Source: Eubacteriales bacterium (GTDB lineage: Bacteria > Bacillota > Clostridia > Oscillospirales > CAG-272). Taken from it: a DNA stretch of 64,000 nt. Shown here piece after piece: positions 26,521 through 39,509 of this stretch. Made by a program: the position numbers and the translations under genes. Under the pieces are notes generated by a model, which saw only the letters and a list, made by a program, of their open reading frames with translations, was not told the origin of the DNA and did not search any database. The stretch spans positions 5,236 to 69,235 of the forward strand of contig JAZSEA010000060.1 in the NCBI GenBank assembly GCA_045531455.1, in the 5' to 3' direction. The stretch's first letter is position 1, and every line of letters begins with the position of its first letter.

Positions 26521-26671
26521 GGTAATGCTTTCCTTTCTATTATATGTTAATATAATTATAACTTAAACGCATGTTTTTTGTTATGAATATTTTGCTGATT
26601 GATGTGTAAATATTGCAATTTGCCGTAAAATATGCTATAATTGTTATGTAAATCACGCAAGGAGAAGCAAG

Positions 26672-27481
26672 ATGAAGGTTTTAAGCGCAAATTATTCGGA
26701 AGAGACAAAGGGATACATCAGCCATTACCACGATGCCCACGAATTGATTTATATTATCTCGGGAAGGATCTCCGTCAATATCGGCGGAGAAGAGCGCGAA
26801 GCAGGCGCGGGCTCGTTGCTCGTTTTGAGCCGTCTTGAAGAGCATTCAGTACACGTGCTGACTCCCGAATACCGACGTTATACGCTTCTGATCTCGCCCG
26901 AATTATCGGGAGGAGACGATTATCTTCTGGCTTCTGTTCTGATCAACCGAAGCGGTGGATTTGATCATATCATCGATCTGAGACATCAGACAAGCGAAAT
27001 AGAAGGAATATTCAGCGAAATGGCAAGTGAATTTTCACTCCGCGCGCCTATGTATGAAAAAATGCTTGATTCGATGCTGACTCGTCTTCTCGTCGGTCTT
27101 TACAGACTTTGTCCCGAGCTGTATCTTGCGGATGAAAATACCAATACCGAGATCGTTCGCCAACTGCAGCTCAGATTTGAGCAGAGTTATGCGGAACGTT
27201 TTTCTCTTTCCGAGCTTGCGGGCGAGTATCACGTCAGCCCCTCGCATCTCTCGCATATTTTCAAGCGAATAACCGGTTATTCGCCTATAGATTATCTGAT
27301 AAGCTGTCGACTTTCGGCGGCAAAGACTCTGCTTGCAAAGAGCAATAAGAGCATCAAGGAGATAATCGACCTATGCGGCTTTTCGGATGAAAGTAATTTC
27401 AGCCGAATGTTCCGTTCGAGAGTTGGAAGCACCCCGAGCGAATTTCGAAGGCAAAATTACTCCAAATCGCTTGACAAATGA
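26672..27481 (+). CDS. AraC family transcriptional regulator (cupin + HTH)
   Basis: C-terminal SLSELAGEYHVSPSHLSHIFKRITGYSPIDYL helix-turn-helix. Divergent from the redox operon. Confidence 0.85.
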   Translation: MKVLSANYSEETKGYISHYHDAHELIYIISGRISVNIGGEEREAGAGSLLVLSRLEEHSVHVLTPEYRRYTLLISPELSGGDDYLLASVLINRSGGFDHIIDLRHQTSEIEGIFSEMASEFSLRAPMYEKMLDSMLTRLLVGLYRLCPELYLADENTNTEIVRQLQLRFEQSYAERFSLSELAGEYHVSPSHLSHIFKRITGYSPIDYLISCRLSAAKTLLAKSNKSIKEIIDLCGFSDESNFSRMFRSRVGSTPSEFRRQNYSKSLDK

Positions 27482-27528
27482 GAAAAATAGTGATATCATT
27501 TTCCTGACCCCTAAAAGGAGGATAAATT

Positions 27529-28398
27529 ATGGCAAAGCTTATTCAGTACAGAACAAACGCCTCTCTCTATGACGGCTCATTTGATAGCCAAGTTGGCTGG
27601 GCAGCCGCGGGAATGGGAGACGTCATAGTAACCGAAAACAAAAAGCTCATCGTTATCGACGGCGGTTTTGGCGACGATGCCGAAGGTATTCTCTCGTTAT
27701 TGAGATCAAATACCGATTCTGAGATCCCACACGTTGACCTTTGGATAATCACCCATCCGCATCACGACCATTGCGGCGCAATAAGAGAGCTTGCACGCAA
27801 TGAATCGTTCCGTTCAAAGCTGACCGTCGGCAAGATCGTATATTGGTTCCCTGAAGATTTTTGCGGCAAGGACGGCAAAGCAGGCGCGCTTTTGGGTGCA
27901 AACGAGCGTATGGAACAGGTCTGCAAAGCCTTCGGTGCAGAATATCACCGCCCCTCGCTTGACGAAAAAATGACTGTCGACGGCATTGAGATTCATTTCC
28001 TTTACGTGCCCGACGATTGCAGTATCCTCAATACTGGAGGCGGAAACTCAAACCTCTGCTCGCTGATCTTTACCGTTGAGAGCGCAAATAAAAAAGCTAT
28101 GATCACGGGTGACGCATATCACAGAAGTATGCAGATGACCGTCTGGCGCTACCATAAGATGCTGAAATGCGACATTCTGCAGATGCCCCACCACGGACTC
28201 TGCGATTCGCATAATATTGAATTCTACCGCGAGGTAAACGCCGAGACCGTGCTGATACCGATCTCCGCAGCGGGATATCGAACGATGCATTCGGATATGT
28301 ACGCCGACCGAGAGGGAAGAAATAATAATCTTTGGGCAGAAGACAATGCCGAGCGGGTCTTCAAGGCATTTGAAGGCACCGCAGAGATCGAACTGTAA
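27529..28398 (+). CDS. MBL-fold metallo-hydrolase
   Basis: THPHHDHCGA metal-binding motif. AAGGAGG RBS. Confidence 0.8.
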   Translation: MAKLIQYRTNASLYDGSFDSQVGWAAAGMGDVIVTENKKLIVIDGGFGDDAEGILSLLRSNTDSEIPHVDLWIITHPHHDHCGAIRELARNESFRSKLTVGKIVYWFPEDFCGKDGKAGALLGANERMEQVCKAFGAEYHRPSLDEKMTVDGIEIHFLYVPDDCSILNTGGGNSNLCSLIFTVESANKKAMITGDAYHRSMQMTVWRYHKMLKCDILQMPHHGLCDSHNIEFYREVNAETVLIPISAAGYRTMHSDMYADREGRNNNLWAEDNAERVFKAFEGTAEIEL

Positions 28399-28410
28399 AG
28401 GAGAAGAAAA

Positions 28411-29643
28411 ATGAATAAGATCAGACTCGGGGTCTTCGGTCTCGGACGCGGTCGCTCGCTCTTTTCAAGTATGCTTGCCGCGGGCGCGGAAATCGTAGCC
28501 GTTTGCGAAAAGGATGAACGACGGATCGAGGAAGCGCGAAAGATCGCGCCCGATATCGCCGTTTACCGCAATTTTGATGAATTCATCGAGCATCCTATGG
28601 ATGCCGTTATGCTCTGTAATTATTTCAACGAGCACGCCGAATACGCCGTCAGATGTCTCGAGAAGAATCTCCACGTTCTCAGCGAGACGACGAGCAATAC
28701 CACCATGGCTGACGGAGTCAATCTCGTCCGCGCGGCGGAGAAGAGCAAGGCTTTCTATATGATAGCTGAAAATTATCCCTTTATGGTATTCAATCAGGAA
28801 ATGCGCCGCGTTTACCGAGAGGGAACACTCGGCCACGTCCTCTTCGCCGAGGGCGAGTATAACCATCCCCTCAACCCGAATAATATGAAGGAGGTCGTCC
28901 ATCTCCGCCCCACTCCCGATCATTGGCGCAATAATATCCCGAGAAGCTATTATATTACACATTCTCTCGCACCGCTGATGTATATCACAGGTCAGCGACC
29001 CGTCCGCGTATCTGCAATGCCCGTCTATGGCTACGAGGAGGACGTAACGAATCCTCTGAATACCCACGACCGCGCCGCTATCATCACGACAGTCAACAAC
29101 GATAGATCTGTCTTCCGCATAACGGGATGTGCCGCATTCGGCGCGCACGAAAATTCATACCGTATCTGCGGAGAGCTCGGTCAGATCGAGAACGTACGCG
29201 GCAGCGGAAATATGGTAATGCTGAACTATAATAAATGGAATATCCCCGAGGGCCTCGAGGAGCATAACTATTATAAGCCAGAGTTTCCCGAGGAGGATAA
29301 GCCTCTGCTTGAAAAGGCAGGCCACGGCGGAAGTGATTTCTATGTATTCCGCGAGTTTATCTCTTGTATCAGGGAGAATCGCCGTCCCGAATTTGACGAG
29401 TATTTCGCGACAACGATGGCTTCCGTCGCTATCCTCGCGCACAGAAGCATCCTTGACGGCAACCGCGCATTTGACGTCCCCGATTTCCGCAAGGAAGAGG
29501 ATCGCATCAAATATGAAAACGATACGCTGACCCCCTTCCATGGCAAAAACGGCGAGGAGCCGACTCTCCCCGTTTGCTCTGATCCCGGATATACGCCGTC
29601 CGCAAAGAAGCTTGAAGCTTACGAAAACGCTCTCAATTCATAA
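28411..29643 (+). CDS. Gfo/Idh/MocA family oxidoreductase
   Basis: N-terminal Rossmann segment IRLGVFGLGRGRS and the EKD region. Confidence 0.8.
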   Translation: MNKIRLGVFGLGRGRSLFSSMLAAGAEIVAVCEKDERRIEEARKIAPDIAVYRNFDEFIEHPMDAVMLCNYFNEHAEYAVRCLEKNLHVLSETTSNTTMADGVNLVRAAEKSKAFYMIAENYPFMVFNQEMRRVYREGTLGHVLFAEGEYNHPLNPNNMKEVVHLRPTPDHWRNNIPRSYYITHSLAPLMYITGQRPVRVSAMPVYGYEEDVTNPLNTHDRAAIITTVNNDRSVFRITGCAAFGAHENSYRICGELGQIENVRGSGNMVMLNYNKWNIPEGLEEHNYYKPEFPEEDKPLLEKAGHGGSDFYVFREFISCIRENRRPEFDEYFATTMASVAILAHRSILDGNRAFDVPDFRKEEDRIKYENDTLTPFHGKNGEEPTLPVCSDPGYTPSAKKLEAYENALNS

Positions 29644-29659
29644 ATATCGAGGTAGAAAA

Positions 29660-30502
29660 ATGAAAAAACACGCACTTCCAATTTCAGCAACCTTCCCGCC
29701 CGCGGGAAAGATGACCCCACCGGAGGGTGTCAGATTTCTTCACGAGCACGGATTTGATTCAATGGACTTTAATTTCGTCGCGGCACTCGATGATTACGGC
29801 GACGATTGGCAGGATATGATCGCCGAGGTTAAAAAGGCGGCAGAAGAAACGGGAATACTTATCGTTTCGGGACACCTTCCTTTCAGAGGAAAAACGCCTG
29901 AAGAGCTCGAAAGCAAAGTCTCGCGTTCTCTTGAAATGGCGGGCGCACTCGGAGTAAAGCGTGCGGTCCTTCATCCTATCGGAGACGGCAAGGCTCCCGC
30001 GAGCGAGGAAAACAATAAGTATTGGTATGAGAAAAATATCGAGTTCTACAGCAAATTCCTTCCGAGAGCAAATGAGCTCGGTATCGCGCTTGTGACAGAG
30101 AATATGCGTGACGCCCATCAGGCGGAGGGCTGCCACCGTTACGGATCGACCGCAGACGAGCTTATCGAGATGGCTGATGCCCTCGGACTCGAGATCTGCT
30201 GGGATTTCGGCCACGCACACGAGGCAAAGCTCAATCACTACTCGGAGCTTCTGAAGATCGGTAAGCGTCTTTCGATGACTCACGTTAACGATAACTGGCA
30301 GGGTCCCTTCGACGAGCATCTACCGCCCTTCTACGGAACGGGCGACTGGGACGCCGCCTGCCGCGGTCTTAGCGAGATCGGCTACTCGAATCCGCTTAAT
30401 TTCGAGCTGAAGTTCAAGCAGCTTCCCGATCCGATCCTTCCTTACGCCGCCGATCTTACAAGAGCTATCGGCGAGCACTTGCTCGATAAGATCTTCAATT
30501 AA
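29660..30502 (+). CDS. sugar phosphate isomerase/epimerase (xylose isomerase-like TIM barrel)
   Basis: The start is set at MKKHALP. The track ORF's 40-aa extension overlaps the upstream gene. Family segments LVTENM and WDFGHA. Confidence 0.7.
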   Translation: MKKHALPISATFPPAGKMTPPEGVRFLHEHGFDSMDFNFVAALDDYGDDWQDMIAEVKKAAEETGILIVSGHLPFRGKTPEELESKVSRSLEMAGALGVKRAVLHPIGDGKAPASEENNKYWYEKNIEFYSKFLPRANELGIALVTENMRDAHQAEGCHRYGSTADELIEMADALGLEICWDFGHAHEAKLNHYSELLKIGKRLSMTHVNDNWQGPFDEHLPPFYGTGDWDAACRGLSEIGYSNPLNFELKFKQLPDPILPYAADLTRAIGEHLLDKIFN

Positions 30503-30551
30503 CAAAGAAAACCGCTCCCGAAAGAATCGGGAGCGGTTATTTTAGTTTGGA

Positions 30552-32063
30552 TCATTCAACGATTTTTAAGAAGGAGTCTGTGATTACCTTGAACTGCTTG
30601 TCAAGAGTTCTCTTCATAGCCTTGCTTACGGTTGCCCAGCTGTTGCCTGCAACTGCACAGTTATCCCACTGGTCGCTCATTGCGCCGAGGCTGGAGTTGA
30701 AGAGACGGCCAAAGTCGAATACGATACCTGCACGGATGATGTCGTACATCTCGGACTCAACGGAGGTCTCGGAGTATCTCAGCTTCATAGTGGACTCGAA
30801 GAGAGCGGGAGTTGTGAGACGGTAAGCCTCGGAAGCCCAGCACTCAAGAACTGCAGCGGCGCGGTTAGTGTCCTTGGAAAGCTTGTAGATGGAGTAGAAG
30901 GAAACGGGGTTACCAACACAGGTGATGTGGTTCTTCTGCTCAGCATCGTACTTCGGAATGGGAGCGATACCGTAGGAGAAGCCTGCGTCTGCAACTCTTT
31001 CAGCTACGTCCTTGTGACGGCACATAACCATAAGAGCGTTGCCGTATACGAAGGAGTTGGTGTAGTTGCTGGAGTTTACGTAAACGTCGCCGGACTTGAT
31101 CCAAGCACCGGTAATGTCGCAAAGGTTGATTGCCTTTTCGGAATAGTAGTCATCCGAGATCTTGAGAAGGGTGTCCTCGTTCTTCTCAGCCTGTCTGAGA
31201 CCTGCGCCGTAGTAGATAGCGTCGAAGTGCCAAGAGAGAGTTACGAAGCCGTAGAAGTCATTCTCGTTTGCGGAGTTGCTTCCGTCAAGGTCCTGGTAAA
31301 CGTCCTTGGTCATAAGATGCATGGTTTCCATAGTCCAGTTGTTGTTCTGAACCTGAACTGCGGGCTCTACAAGTTCGGGGAATCTTTCGAGATTGTCCTT
31401 GTTGTAGAAGATTACGTACATCTGATGGATAGAGTTGACCGAAACGTCACCGGTTACGAAGAACATGGAGTCGCCAACGGTTGCGGTATCAAGCATAACG
31501 GTAGGCCACCAGGGCATATCGAAATCAAGATAATCGAGCTCCATAAGGTCCTCGCAGTAGCCGTTCATAGCGGTAAGCGCGATGGTACGGGAGTGAGCGG
31601 ACATAAGGTCGTATGTATCGTCGCCGGAGCTGTACATATTACCAACGTGATCGGAGTATGCTTTTCCCTTGCCGTCGTTGTACTGACCCTTCATGTCGAC
31701 CCAGTCAAGGGTAACACCCATCTTGTCTTCAACGTTGATGTTACGCTGATAGATAGCGTCGTTGATAAGCTCGCCGTTTGCGTCTTCTACGTAGAACTCG
31801 GGTCTTTCAACGTCGTTCCACCAAAGAACGGTAACGGTCTCGCCGCCGAAGTCAAGCTCATCGGGAAGAGAGCTCTTGAGGTAACCCTGATCGTCGTAGG
31901 GACTTTCGGTGGTAACCTCATCGACGCTTCCTGCGGGAGCCTCGGTCTTTGCTGCTTCTGTTGTTACGGGATCCTCGCCGCCTGTTTCTGCGCAGGCAAC
32001 AAAGGAAGCACTAAGCATCAGAATCGCGAGTAAGAAACTAATAAGCTTAGTTGATAATTTCAT
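30552..32063 (-). CDS. extracellular solute-binding lipoprotein (ABC-type)
   Basis: Signal peptide with lipobox FVAC. About 500 aa. No permease or ATPase gene is adjacent. Confidence 0.7.
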   Translation of the reverse strand: MKLSTKLISFLLAILMLSASFVACAETGGEDPVTTEAAKTEAPAGSVDEVTTESPYDDQGYLKSSLPDELDFGGETVTVLWWNDVERPEFYVEDANGELINDAIYQRNINVEDKMGVTLDWVDMKGQYNDGKGKAYSDHVGNMYSSGDDTYDLMSAHSRTIALTAMNGYCEDLMELDYLDFDMPWWPTVMLDTATVGDSMFFVTGDVSVNSIHQMYVIFYNKDNLERFPELVEPAVQVQNNNWTMETMHLMTKDVYQDLDGSNSANENDFYGFVTLSWHFDAIYYGAGLRQAEKNEDTLLKISDDYYSEKAINLCDITGAWIKSGDVYVNSSNYTNSFVYGNALMVMCRHKDVAERVADAGFSYGIAPIPKYDAEQKNHITCVGNPVSFYSIYKLSKDTNRAAAVLECWASEAYRLTTPALFESTMKLRYSETSVESEMYDIIRAGIVFDFGRLFNSSLGAMSDQWDNCAVAGNSWATVSKAMKRTLDKQFKVITDSFLKIVE

Positions 32064-32188
32064 AATTATCCTCCTTGAAAATACTCATACGAGTGTTATG
32101 GTATAATATTATCATAAAATTTGGATTTTGTCAAGAGTTATTTGTGCAACCTTGCCCAAATTATCAAAAATTCTCCATATACTTAAGA

Positions 32189-32219
32189 CTCTCCCGACCG
32201 AAAAAAACGGTCGGGAGAG
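32189..32219 (-). terminator. stem-loop after gdhA
   Basis: 12-bp perfect stem CTCTCCCGACCG/CGGTCGGGAGAG with a 7-nt homopolymer loop. It lies 19 nt after the stop. Confidence 0.5.
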
Positions 32220-32237
32220 AAGAATATTTGTGTTATT

Positions 32238-36139
<3,902 letters not shown>

Positions 36140-36199
36140 CTCTTTACCGTCCGTTTTCGTTTTACTTTATTTTATAACCAAAGCCGCCGCCTTTATGCG

Positions 36200-36724
36200 T
36201 TATTGATAAAGATGAGCCGAATCGTACAGGCGAACGAGCGCGTTCCAGGTCAGCTTGTCGACCTCGCCCGTGACGGGAAGAAGATACCTTGCCTGAAGCT
36301 CGCTTACCGCATCACTCGTGATATCGTCGAATTTTCCGCTGACCGCGATCTCACCGATCGGGAAAAATACCGAGATCTCTCCGAGCATATACTGAACTGC
36401 CGATACGGGAAATCCCTCGTCACCGACCCGCAACGCATAATCACGCGGCTCAGCGGGAAAGGGCGAAAATCCCGAAGGCGGCGCTTCTTTTTCAAGAGAC
36501 GTCAGATACTCCTCATAGATCGCCTCCCAGGTCTCCTGATCGGCAACGCCGGTCGCGGGTAATCCTCGGCTCGACTGAAACGCCCGAATCGCTTCGGTCG
36601 TATTGCTTCCTTTGTTACCGTCGATAGGAACAAAAGGAATGTTTTCATCAAAATACGCAAGCTGACGCAGATACCGCTGAAGGTTCATCCGCGCATCAGC
36701 TTCTGTTCTCGGATTAACTGCCAT
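36200..36724 (-). CDS. peptidoglycan-binding domain protein
   Basis: PG_binding_1-type repeats (EAIRAFQSSRGLPATGVADQETW and DAVSELQARYLLPVTGEVDKLTW). Confidence 0.65.
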   Translation of the reverse strand: MAVNPRTEADARMNLQRYLRQLAYFDENIPFVPIDGNKGSNTTEAIRAFQSSRGLPATGVADQETWEAIYEEYLTSLEKEAPPSGFSPFPAEPRDYALRVGDEGFPVSAVQYMLGEISVFFPIGEIAVSGKFDDITSDAVSELQARYLLPVTGEVDKLTWNALVRLYDSAHLYQ

Positions 36725-36733
36725 AATTTCACC

Positions 36734-38140
36734 TCACTCGATCGGAAAACCCGGATATTGCCCGCCGCGCACACTGTCAGCACCCGTAACGTCGTCGAAA
36801 ATATCAACTATCGCGTCCCATGTCACGGCATCGACGGTTCCGCTCTGCGCGCTCGTACCGAAGAATTGCTGAAAAGCAAGAACGGCGGCTTCGGTCTGGT
36901 TCCCGAAATAACCCGTAACGCTGACCGAAGGTATCTCGGTGTAATCCTCCGCGATTCGATTCAGATATCTCTGAAGCAGAACAACGTCCTCGCCCTCGCT
37001 GCCGACACGCAGAACGACACCGGGAAAGGGCACGCCCGAAGCCTCGGTATACTCGAGTGGGATCGTCGAAACTATGCCGAGATAAGCGTTGTAGAGCGCG
37101 TTCCAGGTCCTCTCGCCCACAACTCCGTCGGGAGTAAGGCCGAAGGTCGCCTGAACCTGCCGTACCGCATCCGCAGTCGAAGGACCGAATATTCCGTCCC
37201 GCTCAACTCTCGGTATCGAGGGATAAAAATTCGACACGTAATTAATATAAAACTGAAGATTTTCAACCGCATTGCCGCTCGATCCCTCGCGCAGAACACC
37301 CGGATACTGTTGCGTGACCTCGGATAGAGCGATCCCCTCCGAATCAAGCTCATTGAGCCTCTTGACGGCGTTGTAGAAAAACTGTATCGCATACCACGTC
37401 GCCTTGCCCACAACACCGTCAACCGCGATCCCGACCGTCTGCTGAAAAGCTCGCACAGCCGCCTCGGTATCGTCACCGAAAACTCCGTCGGTGCGGATGA
37501 TCTTCGGTATCGCGGGGTAGTTGTTCGAAATACGGTTAAGCCTTATCTGAACCGTTCTGACGTCGTTGTTGACCGCCCCTTGGCGCAGAGGTATCTCGGG
37601 TGCGGAGGGTGAAAGATTCTCGATCGGTACGTTCGTTCGGATGCCGATATCGTCTCCGTAGAAGTACTGCAGTATCTCAAAGGGAGTCAAGCCCTGCTCA
37701 GCAAGCGGAACCGTCCCCCATTGCGAAAGCCCCTCGCATTGAACTCGGTCTCCGTCGCAGTATTGCGTGAAATAAGGCTCGATACTGCCTCCGCGCGTCA
37801 CGTAGCTGTCAAAGAGCTCGCTTGCAAGCTCACGGATGTTCTGGAAGACCTCGCGCCCCTCAACGAAGGACTGATCGATCGAGGTGGAATTGGTAATGTC
37901 GAAATCGTATCCTCGTGAGCGGTAAAATTCGGTGTAGATTCGGTTGAGCGCAAAGGTCACCTGCGCGTAGATATTTGCCCGAAGCGCATTCTCGGGCCAG
38001 GTCGGATAGATCTCGCTTGACGCCACGTTCGCAACGTAGTCGAGGAATGGAACAGTCACGTTCCTCGCGTACTCGGTAGGCCTTCCGAGATGGACCGTGA
38101 TGTATTCGGGAATGACGGGTAAAGCCGCGGGATTATTCAT
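36734..38140 (-). CDS. peptidoglycan-binding protein (SpoIID-like N-terminal region plus three PG_binding_1 repeats)
   Basis: Three DG-FG-T--AV--FQ-----DG-VG--TW repeats. The N-terminal segment YVANVASSEIYPTWPENALRANIYAQ resembles SpoIID/LytB-type domains. Confidence 0.6.
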   Translation of the reverse strand: MNNPAALPVIPEYITVHLGRPTEYARNVTVPFLDYVANVASSEIYPTWPENALRANIYAQVTFALNRIYTEFYRSRGYDFDITNSTSIDQSFVEGREVFQNIRELASELFDSYVTRGGSIEPYFTQYCDGDRVQCEGLSQWGTVPLAEQGLTPFEILQYFYGDDIGIRTNVPIENLSPSAPEIPLRQGAVNNDVRTVQIRLNRISNNYPAIPKIIRTDGVFGDDTEAAVRAFQQTVGIAVDGVVGKATWYAIQFFYNAVKRLNELDSEGIALSEVTQQYPGVLREGSSGNAVENLQFYINYVSNFYPSIPRVERDGIFGPSTADAVRQVQATFGLTPDGVVGERTWNALYNAYLGIVSTIPLEYTEASGVPFPGVVLRVGSEGEDVVLLQRYLNRIAEDYTEIPSVSVTGYFGNQTEAAVLAFQQFFGTSAQSGTVDAVTWDAIVDIFDDVTGADSVRGGQYPGFPIE

Positions 38141-38574
38141 TCGCCCTCACCGCGAAGCCTCTCTCCCGTACGGGCGTCAAAAATGAATTCCTCATCGGTA
38201 TTGCCGCTTCCGTCCTCGGGCAGAGGAATGAGGTACGCGGTCTGAACCGAGGTGATCGTGTCGAAGATCGGTATGTTCGTGTAGAGATTGCTGTAGTAGC
38301 CGTCAAGCGAGACGTCCGCGCTGTAGCTTGCGTAGGGCTTGCCGCCGTTCGGCGACTCGGAATTGATGCGAGGCGGCGCGGGGAGAGTGATCCTGGGCGT
38401 GTTGCCGCTCTGATCGGTGATGAAGGACGCGATCGCATCGCCCTCGATAGCCTCGTCACCGCGAAGCGTCACAAGCGCACCCTCAAGCGGTATCGCACCC
38501 GCCCCCGTGCGCACAGAAACGATAAGAAAACCGCGCCCGGGCATCGCCTCGCGCGCCTGATTATTTCTTTCCAT
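38137..38574 (-). CDS. carboxypeptidase-regulatory-like domain protein
   Basis: 145 aa. The beta-sandwich-like segment GFLIVSVRTGAGAIPLEGALVTL supports the call. Overlaps the downstream gene by 4 nt. Confidence 0.5.
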   Translation of the reverse strand: MERNNQAREAMPGRGFLIVSVRTGAGAIPLEGALVTLRGDEAIEGDAIASFITDQSGNTPRITLPAPPRINSESPNGGKPYASYSADVSLDGYYSNLYTNIPIFDTITSVQTAYLIPLPEDGSGNTDEEFIFDARTGERLRGEGE

Positions 38575-38642
38575 AAAAAAGACCTCCGTGATATGATGTC
38601 AATTTTATCATATGCGGAATAAAGAAAAATGCCATATGGAAT

Positions 38643-38779
38643 GAGTGCAGAGTGCAGAATGCAGAATGCAGAGTTAATGAAAATTTCCTCGCAATGCTCG
38701 GAAATAATTTTATAAAATGCTTTTCGGCTCGCCGAAAAGCTACCTTAACTCTGCACTCTGCACTCTGAACTCTGCACTC
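38643..38779. repeat. heptamer-armed inverted repeat (full copy) with inner hairpin
   Basis: 35-nt arms (38643-38677 and 38745-38779) built of GCAGAGT/GCAGAAT heptamers match at 32 of 35 positions. The inner hairpin GCTTTTCGG-ctcg-CCGAAAAGC lies at 38719-38740. Confidence 0.85.
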
Positions 38780-38785
38780 AAATAA

Positions 38786-38815
38786 TTCCCCGAGCATCGC
38801 TTGACACTCGGGGAA
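38786..38815 (-). terminator. stem-loop after the Cys-rich protein gene
   Basis: 9-bp stem TTCCCCGAG/CTCGGGGAA followed on the minus strand by TTATTT. It lies 6 nt after the stop. Confidence 0.5.
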
Positions 38816-38820
38816 AATAT

Positions 38821-39444
38821 TTATTCTGTTAAATGTTCATCATCACTCGGGAGCAAAGCCGTCACACGATCCACCTGATCCTCGGGGAGCGAAGCAATAA
38901 ACTCTTCACGCTCCTCGACCGAAAGAGATGCAAGATATGCCTCAAGCTCGGGATCGGGCAGGCTCATAATGATGGGAGGAGAGTCCGAAAGCATCTTGCA
39001 AACGCTGCATCGGTATCCCGTACCGTAAGATACCCACGTATGCGATTCGGTCGAATCATAATCACAAACTGTACACTCAACGATGTGGGTATACAAGTCG
39101 CCGGACATTACGCGGCGCAGGGTGTGCGATTCAAGGAAGGAGTAACAACCGTCGGGACAACTCACCCAATGTCCCGTACCATCGGTGCCGTAATACTCGG
39201 GACACTGCGTACATCTGACAGAGTGATCACAGTCACGGCATTTTACCATGTAATCTTCCGTCTCGGCGGAGTACATATAGAGATCATGTTCTTCATAGTA
39301 ATAAAGTACACAATCATGACAATATAAGTTGTGTTGTTTTGCAGGATTATTATTGATAAAGTAATTATATTCATAGTTATGACCTGAGTGATTTGTCAAT
39401 TTATCAAGTGCTTTAAATGCATTTAAAACAATCACGAAAGACAT
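38821..39444 (-). CDS. Cys/His-rich putative secreted protein; N-terminus interrupted by an in-frame TAA (possible pseudogene)
   Basis: Six CxxC-type pairs: CHDC, CRDC, CTQC, CPDGC, CTVC, CSVC. An upstream in-frame ATG at 39483 with an RBS is separated from this ORF by a TAA at 39463-39465. Confidence 0.55.
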   Translation of the reverse strand: MSFVIVLNAFKALDKLTNHSGHNYEYNYFINNNPAKQHNLYCHDCVLYYYEEHDLYMYSAETEDYMVKCRDCDHSVRCTQCPEYYGTDGTGHWVSCPDGCYSFLESHTLRRVMSGDLYTHIVECTVCDYDSTESHTWVSYGTGYRCSVCKMLSDSPPIIMSLPDPELEAYLASLSVEEREEFIASLPEDQVDRVTALLPSDDEHLTE

Positions 39445-39509
39445 TAAACAGACAACAAATTTTTATAAATTACGAAACTTCATATTATTAATTTTCCTTT
39501 CTTTTTTAT

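Noticed and set aside
36140-36199. CtsR operator upstream of clpC
   Set aside because: No GGTCAAA-N-GGTCAAA-like direct repeat is present in the 60-bp spacer.
38561-38797. 78-aa ORF across the heptamer-armed hairpin; also 653..1279 and 660..1049, which start in the heptamer tract
   Set aside because: Translation of the tandem heptamers gives artificial repeats (CRVQSAECRV; HFAFCILHF). The rest of each ORF is antisense to real genes or intergenic.
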